A stretch of 36,337 bases of DNA from Octopus bimaculoides (taxonomy: Eukaryota), in assembly GCF_001194135.2 (NCBI RefSeq), contig NC_068981.1:95040413-95076749 (forward strand), read 5' to 3'. Position numbers and translations under genes: made by a program. Of this stretch, positions 24,301 to 33,343 are shown in pieces. The notes under the pieces were generated by a model. That model was not told the DNA's origin and did no database searches. It saw only the letters and a list, made by a program, of their open reading frames with translations. Each line of letters opens with the position of its first letter. Position 1 is the first letter of the stretch.

Positions 24301-26808
24301 AAAATTTGGAAAATGAATTTACCCAACACATGATGAAAAAAACTTGACTGTCACATTTTCAGCCCCAATTGTATTAAGTTCCACTTTTGATGTGATTTTC
24401 TAAAGAGAAAAAAATCTTTATGAATTGGAATTTTATATTTCTAACCAAAGTTATAATTGACAGTAATCATCATTATTTGAATGTCTTTGTCTATAGTGAT
24501 GTAGGTTGGACTGGTGTGTAATACAGCATTTCTTCAGATTTCCTTTTCTTACTTTAGCTTATCAGTGGGTATCATCTAACCATTTCATCCCACTTCTTTG
24601 AACTATTGCTGTATATATCTTCCAAATTTCTCATCTGCCATCATACATGTATCATTTATTTGCATCACATTTAAATATTGACAACTGTCCCTCTTGTCTA
24701 TATTGGTTAATTGGTTAATAACTTTATCTGCTGTGCCTTAAATTCTACAGCAGAAACCAATTCACCATCATACATATATTTAACCATCTAGTTACAAACC
24801 ACTTTCAATGTCCATGATGAAGATTATTAACTAAATTCTTCACTAAGCCTATAGACAATGGTGGTTCTTTTAGTAACCATATACCAGTCAGAACTATTAC
24901 AAGCCACTCAACGTCATTTGACTTTTTTTATTGCTTTGTAAAGTAAACTTGGTAACATTTCTCTAATAACTTTATCTACTACATTATTTCATCACTGCTC
25001 AATGACTTTCTCTATGAAAATATTCAATTAACTTCAAAATGGAAAGGGTTTGAGAGAAAGTGTAAAACACTTTAATATGAAATAGACATCTTCATTAAAA
25101 GAAATGAAGAAAAATATCAGTACCAGAATTATTTCAGGATCTTCAATACATTCCAAAACACATATAATAACATTATAGAAATAATGGAAACAACTCTATT
25201 GTTTTGGACAGAATATATAACACAAAAAGGATGGTCTATAGACACATTTGCTGAACAATGGAAAACATTAAGAATTTTTGATTAAATCAGACATCAAATC
25301 AGCTACAACCTAGATTTTCAGGGAGAAAGGGGTGGCTTCAAAAACTGTAGAAGTGAAGCCTTCTACGCCATATCAAATTGCAGAGCAAAATTTTATCAGA
25401 TGATATGAAAACCAGTGAAGAATGTTTGTCACAAATAGCTAAAATTATCAAGAAAGACTCCTATTTCTTAAAACAAATATTTAATACAGTTGAAACTGGT
25501 TTATTTGGCAAGAAAATACTGAAGAAGCCTTTTATATGAAGAACAGAAAAAACAGTGGATTCTAAAGAAAAAATCTCATTATTTTGCTATAATGCAATCA
25601 GGTAACTGCATTATACAACCATTATTAATTGACAGGGCTCTTAATCCATGTGCAATGAAACGACTGAATAAAAATGCCATCCTTGTTCACTGGCATTATC
25701 ATTACTTTGTTCCTGAAGCTGAAATAATATTGATTTCAAAATTTAATTACTGATTGATAACACTACCACTTCATGTAAAACAGAATACTCTAACATTCTG
25801 TTCTTAAAACACCACATCCAACCATTAGATCAAAGAATAATTTTTAATTTTAAGATAAGAAATCTTAGATGATATGAATGGAAAGCACATCAATGTTCCA
25901 GAAGTATGGGATAAAAATAAATATTCTGCATTATGTAATGTGAAGAGAATTGAAACAGCAATTTATGAAATAAATAAAACCACCTCAAATGTATGTTGGA
26001 AGGTCATTTTGCCTGTTTTATTTCTGAATGATAATGATGCTGAAATTTTCTGTTCAATAATAAGTGAAGGAATGGATGATTTAGTTGTTGAAGAAATTGA
26101 GGAATTGTTTGTAGAATAATAATTGAAAGGAAAAGATTTAGTCAACAAGGTCACTATTAATTTCAAACTACAAAAGTGAGTATGATATTGTTGGACTAGA
26201 CTTACTGATTACTTCCAAAGCTGTAAAAAATGAGTTACAAATATGAAATGCATAAACTCATTTCATTAAGAATACTCCTAACATAAAACGAAGTATGAGG
26301 TTTCAAGAGAAAGAATGCACTGTATAGCGACATGAAAGTCTTCACACTGAGTTAAATAAAGTTATGCAACCTAAAATAACACATTTCATGATAAGGTTAG
26401 TTATATTGAACATGAAAAAGGAAGTAAAAGATAGTATTGATGGTTCTAATGATTTTCAACTAATGAATTAAAAGAATTACTTCAGTAACCCTGAAATGAA
26501 AATAACAATCAGCTAGATAAATACATTATACAAAGGCTACAAAAAAAAAAAAAAAATGCTACAAAAAAAAAAAATGCTACAAGATATACTTTTAACTGGT
26601 TTCAGTCCTTGGATTGTAACAATGTTGGAGGCATAGCCATCAAGGGTTTAGTTGATTATATTAATCTCGGTACTTAATTCAGTCTGGTGCATATTCTATC
26701 AATAACTATTTCTTGAACTGCTGTGTTATGAGAGAAAAAGTTACACAGTGTAAACATCACTGGTTCTTTTACCAGTGAAAACAAACACAGGCACAAATAC
26801 AATCATAC

Positions 26809-26844
<36 letters not shown>

Positions 26845-29800
26845 ATCCTCGGTAGTATAGTGGTAAGTATCCCCGCCTGTCACGCGGGAGACCGGGGTTC
26901 GATTCCCCGCTGGGGAGGCCTTATATATAGGCGTAGGAGTGGCTGTGTGGTAAGTAGCTAGCTTACCAACCNNNNNNNNNNNNNNNNNNNNNNNNNNNNN
27001 NNNNNNNNNNNNNNNNNNNNNNNNNNNNNNNNNNNNNNNNNNNNNNNNNNNNNNNNNNNNNNNNNNNNNNNATATATATATATATATATATAATATGTGT
27101 ATATATATATATGTATATATATATATATGTAATGGCTGCAAAATCATGCTTGAGTACTGCCATTGCCTGATCGAAAGTTCCACACATGCAAAGGCTACAA
27201 CCGGGCCATTTTTGTGACAGGTCTTACTTTTTTCTTCTTAAGCAATGCCTGTGCATGATGATTTTTTTTATAGTGGGGAAAGGATTTGCAAAAATCCAAT
27301 CCCACCCTCTGAAGATGGACAACATAAATTCAAAAATAAGAACTAGTCTACGTCATTGAATATTGTCAGTGTTGTAGGATTTCTCTCAGTTTCCCTCTCC
27401 TCAAGAGATGTTGTGACAACAACAAAGGTACCTCCCGCTACTAGTGGGCCAACCACACACCTAAACACAAAACCAGGTACTGCCATGTCCATAAACATAC
27501 ATACAAACACATGTACACATTGTTGGCACTCCGTCGCTTATGACAACAAGGGTTCCAGTTGATCTGATCAACGGAACAGCCTGCTCATGAAATTAACGTG
27601 CAAGTGGCTGAGCACTCCACACACACGTGTACCCTTAACATAGTTTTCAGAGAAATTCAGCGTGACACAGAGTGACAAGGCTGAATTAGATACATACACA
27701 CACATATATATATACACACACATACATATACAGATATATACACACACATACATATACAGACATATACACACATATATATACATACATATATGCACACACA
27801 CACATATGTATACACACACACTTATATATACATACATATATATANNNNNNNNNNATATTCATATACACATATACACACACACACATGCGCATACACTTAC
27901 ATTACCATATATTTATGAGATATGATGGTGATATAAAGTATATTTAAAATGATATTATGTGACAAAATAAAGAGATAAATTTATATATTACATGGCTATT
28001 ACCTGATAATTTTTTCGAATAAGGCTGACAATGTTGCTAGAGTCGTCGTCTAGTCTTCCAGCAGTAGAACCTTCAATAAACTTACTCAAGCTCTTATATA
28101 TCTCCAATTGGTCTGATGTTACAGCAAATATTACATTAACTTTCATTTCTTGGATCTTATTTGCAAGTTGGCCAATTGAAGGATAGTCCTATGAAAAGAT
28201 AATACCAAGTGTCAAAGAAAAAAAAAAACCCACACAACAAACCAAATCCTCAGTGTAGTTTTGATTCTTTGTTGTAATTATATCAACTTCTTTATGCTGC
28301 TAATACTCTTGAAAAAGCCCTGAACATCACAGCTTCCATTTTTCTCTACTCTTAATATTCATATAATGTAAGGAAATGTTAAGTTTGACTCATTAATTGA
28401 TTCCAATTAGATAAAATAGTTACCAGTTATATATATAGAAGTCAAGTCAAATGAATATGTAACCATCTACGTTACTAAAGAGGTGTGTATGATCAAGAAA
28501 TAAAATCATAATGGGAGTGAAGGAATTTAATAATCTTATTGATTAATCTTTATGGCAACTTGACAAATACCATTAATTAAACAAAATGGCAAAATATGGT
28601 TGCACAGTAGACAAATTAAAAGTACTTTCACAAACCTGTTTATCCGTTAGAGTATACTCGCCAGCTTTATTTAAGTGACAATGACCATCATTTGGAATTA
28701 CTATCCCACCAAGCTATATGAAAAACAAATTTAATACAAAATATTAATTACCTAGTATTCTTTTTTATAGGCATGGAATAAAACACATTTTTTAAAAATA
28801 ATAAAAAATACTGTCAAGAATAACAAGTGATTCTTAGTAATAGTTGAAAATCAAATATGTTTAAAATGGTTTTTAAATATTTAGTTATTTGAATATATAT
28901 TTGTTTTGAATTATTACACAACAATAACAACAACAAAAACTCACATATAATATCCAAATCAAAGGATATTTCACTTAAGTTATAGTTTACAATTTTTAAT
29001 AGAAGAAACTACCATTATTAATTAAAGCAACATTTTAGTTTAAGAATACCTGCAAGCAAAAAATAAAACAAAAACAAATTATGAAGTATGTTAAGTAATT
29101 AAAAACTTTAATACTTACTTTCCCATCACCTGCATAATGAAAGTCAGAATCTGTAGAAAATACTAACATACGACGAGACACATCTCGCCAACCAATATCC
29201 TAAAAGTAAAAATTAAAAAAAAAATATATATATTATATACATTATGTAAACTTTATATACATTATATAAACTTAGAAACTCCATAAGATACACCCAGTGT
29301 AAGCTTTTGATACATAAAAGGTGCAGTAACATCAGAGGAAGGTTATCAGGGAAACTAGCTTTGTATGTAGAAGGCGCACAGGTACAATAAGTGCTGAAAA
29401 TGTGCTGAAAATAGACTCCATCAACTGCCAGCATGGCAAGCTAGAGGTAGTAGATAGCATCCGTTATTGAGGTAAGCAAGTTAGTAGTGGAGGTGGATGC
29501 TCCGAGACCATAGCTGTGAGAATAAGATTAGGGTGGGCTAAGTTCAGAGATCTCCTATCCCTGCTGACAACAAAGGACCTCTCTCTGAGAGAAAGGCAGA
29601 TTGTTTGATGTCTGTGTTCAAACAGCTATGCTGCATGGCAGTGAAACATGGGACATGACAACCAAGGACATGTGTAGGCTTGAAAGAAATGAAGCAAGTA
29701 TGCTTCACTGGATGTGCAATGCAAGTGTGCATGTTTAACAGAGAGTAAGCTTCTTGAGAGAAAAATTAGGCATAAGAGGAATCAGATGTGGTGTACAAGA

Positions 29801-32613
29801 GAGATGACTGTGCAGATATGGTCAGGTGATGCATATGGATGAAGACAGTTGTGTAAAGAAGTGCTGATCTCTAACTGTGGAGGGAACCTGTGGTAGAAGT
29901 AGACCCAGGAAGACATGGGACAAGGTGGTGAAACATGATCTTCGAACTTTGAGCCTCACAGAAGCAAAGTGGCTGAATTCCTTTTGAGTGTTGGACCTCA
30001 CGGACACAATGACCAAGAAATTCGGTATTATGTCATGCTTGAGAAGACCTATCAAGCAGAGCAAAATCGCAGTCATGCCAGATACCGGTGTCACACAAAT
30101 TGGCACCCATGCCAGTGGCATGTAAACACAACCCGGTGTCATGCAAAGGGCACCTGTACTGATAGCATGTAAAAGCACCCATTACACTCTTGGAGTTGTT
30201 GGCGTTAGGAAGGGCATCCAATTATAGAAAATGATGCCAAATCAGACTGGAGTCTGGTGCAACCTTCCAGCGGGCCAGCCCAGTCAAACCATCCAACCCA
30301 TGCCAGCATGGACAATGGACGTTAAATGATGGTGATGATGAAACTTTCTATATTTTCATTGTACTTTCTTTTATTTTCATCATCTTAACATAGGTTTAAC
30401 AGCAATTTTTCATGCTGACATAGTTCTTCTGAAACTTGTTTTGCAGAATGGTTGGCTATTACTGTTCATAATGCTAAACTACTTGATTAGGATAGTTGTA
30501 TTACTTTCTGTATAGTTCCTTACATAAATCTGCTGATTCACTATAAATTATATAAAAAAAATTTTTTAACTCTTTAGTATTCACATTATTCTATCAAATT
30601 TAATGCTTATTTATTCGCATTGTTTCGAATTAATCATGCACTATCTTTTAACTTTGGGATTTTGATGATGTGGTTTTATATTGTAGGTGGGTGTGACAGG
30701 TTGGATCTAGCCAGTTTGAATGTAAAACAGAATATTTAATCCAGATATGGCTGAAGGGTTAAATTAGTCAGAGACAGAGAGGTAATGCTCATGACACTTG
30801 CAGGTCTCTCTCAGCTGATGAAATTGAATGAGGCCAATACCCAGCCTAAACATTTGAAGATCAATGGTTGCAGGCAAAAAAAAAAAAAAAAAATTAGGGT
30901 GTGGGTGGAGGAAGGTCTGATCTGAATACTTGCACAATAGAGTTAACTCTGTTAAAGCATTCAAGGACCAATAATAGGTGCGGGGGTGGGTGAGTTCAGA
31001 AGAGGAATAGAAGTATATATAGAATGGCAAGAAAAAGGAAATGCAAAGCAGTGGGGAAATTGTAACATTAAGCACAGTGATTGATGTGGATGAGAAAGAG
31101 AAAATTTTATAGAAGAAATAGCAATAACCACAGAAAAACTAAATGAAAATGAAAGGAGTTTGGAGAAGAAAGAGCACGTAGTTTTGTGATTTCATGTCAC
31201 ATGTGGTGGGATGGAGTGATGATAAAGCATAACAAATATAACTGCAATTAGCCATGAAGAAAGAATAGAAATCTGTCTAAAAGAGCTGGCTAGAATGTTT
31301 AGGTCAGGAAGACATCAGTAAAAGTGAGTAAAGTATATAAAAAACAAACAAACAAAAAAAAAACAATAGATAAAAATCTCTTGTTTCTTGTATTTAGAAT
31401 GAATACAAAATATTTTCTGTAAGTTGACTATAAATAGGAAACACCGAAGATTATAAATATTACTATTACAGATTAGTAGCTTGTTTTAAAATTATAAATT
31501 CTAAAATTTTAATAGAACAAGCTTTACAGAAATATATTGTCTATATAAACTGCACTAATTCGCTGAAGAATTTGAAATTATTTATCTGAATTTTTTAGTA
31601 AGTGCTGTTGCTTAACCGCAGTCAACCTTGATTGGGTAGACCCATATTCAAAGAGATTCCATCTGTAATCATTCCATCTTGTTTTCAAGGATTGTGCAAC
31701 TAAGACTCTATTTTCCTTTTCAAGATTGTTGGGCATAATTGGCTGCATGCCACATAATCACATAGAGGCTCCCCTCATTAACTCATATGAAGTGCAATAC
31801 CATATGGCACTAAAATGTAGTCAATGAAGGCTAACAGTTGATAAAATCTAAATGTAGGATTAAATAAAGATGTACTTCATTGAATGACTGAGTTTACAGA
31901 ATGCATCAAATGGATGGTTGAGAATCGGAAACACTAAATATTGTTTATGTAAGAGATAGTACACAGAAAGACAGTAAAAAGGTGCAAGGAAAATATTTTT
32001 CAAAAGTAAAATATGCTAGTATACTGTGAGGAAAATGTGTGGGTATCATTTCAGGTTATGTCCTTCACTGAAGAAGGGCAAAAGAGCTAATTGTAGGTAG
32101 AATCAGTGTGGATATTAGTTGAATTTTCAAGAAATGACATTTAGGATAATGGTGGCTGTGGTGGACAGGATGATCAGGTGGAGTGAATAGAAATTGAGAA
32201 AATCCCAAGTGAATACAGTGAAAGAAAAAAAAAAAAGCTGTGGGAAAATGACGACAAAAACACAGAAATGGTGAGTGAAACTGGAAAGAAGAATATATAA
32301 TCAAAGGGACTCTTTTGTTGAGAAGAAATGAACAATTATAAAGCAGGAAGAAAATACTGTCACAATAACTTTAATGTTAATTTTTCTAAAAGCAATTATA
32401 TACATAACAAAGATATATAATTTATGTGAATAAATAGCCAACAAGGTTCTAAAAGAATTTTACTTACATCACACACTATGGATTGCATGATAGCATCAAA
32501 ACCACCTTCAGGTGAATCCAGATTACCAGATACAGGAGCCTCATATACTTTGTTCTAGGATATAAAAATATTGTGGTTAGATAAATTTGATTTCACAGTT
32601 ACATTTATAGAGC

Positions 32614-32650
<37 letters not shown>

Positions 32651-33312
32651 CTCTCTCGCTAAATAAAAATTTAAAATAAAGTCCAGTGATAATATACATA
32701 TGAAGACAGATTTCAGAAAGAATATAAGAAATATTATATTGTACTTACTGCAAACAATGATGTATTAAGATCTAATGTTAACTGATGCTTAAAGCCATAT
32801 GCTTTGGTACATTTAGCACAAGGTGTTTGCATTCTAAAAGAAAAAGAGAAAAATACTAACATTAGGCAACAGAATGAACTTTATAAAAAAAAAAAAAAAT
32901 GATACTTTATTGAAATTCATAAATTCACAACAATTTGTTTGAGATGAAAGCTATTTAAATGCATACTGGATCGTCTGTATACAAAATTTCAACTTCAGGA
33001 TTTCCTAAAGTTATGGATTTCTTAAAATTTTCATTAAATTCTTTTTTTCCTCCTAAACATTATTATATTATCTTTTATCTTCCACTAGTTTCAGTAATTT
33101 GGACTGCGGCCATGCTGGGGCACTACCTCGAAGGGTTTTAGTCAAACAAATCAAGTCCAGAGCTTAATTTTTTTTCACACCTGGTATTTATTGTAGTGGT
33201 CTAGTTTGCCAAAGTGGTCTAGTTATGGGGATGTAGACAAACTAAAACTGGTTATCAAGCAGTGGTGGGGAATAAATAACACAAATACAATGACACACAC
33301 ATATAGATACAG

Positions 33313-33343
<31 letters not shown>

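Noticed and set aside
30770-32330. Purine-rich stretches and antisense Phe/Leu-rich ORFs (30764-31075, 32065-32304)
   Set aside because: No recognisable motif or splice-consistent frame; probably very old repeat debris that I cannot classify
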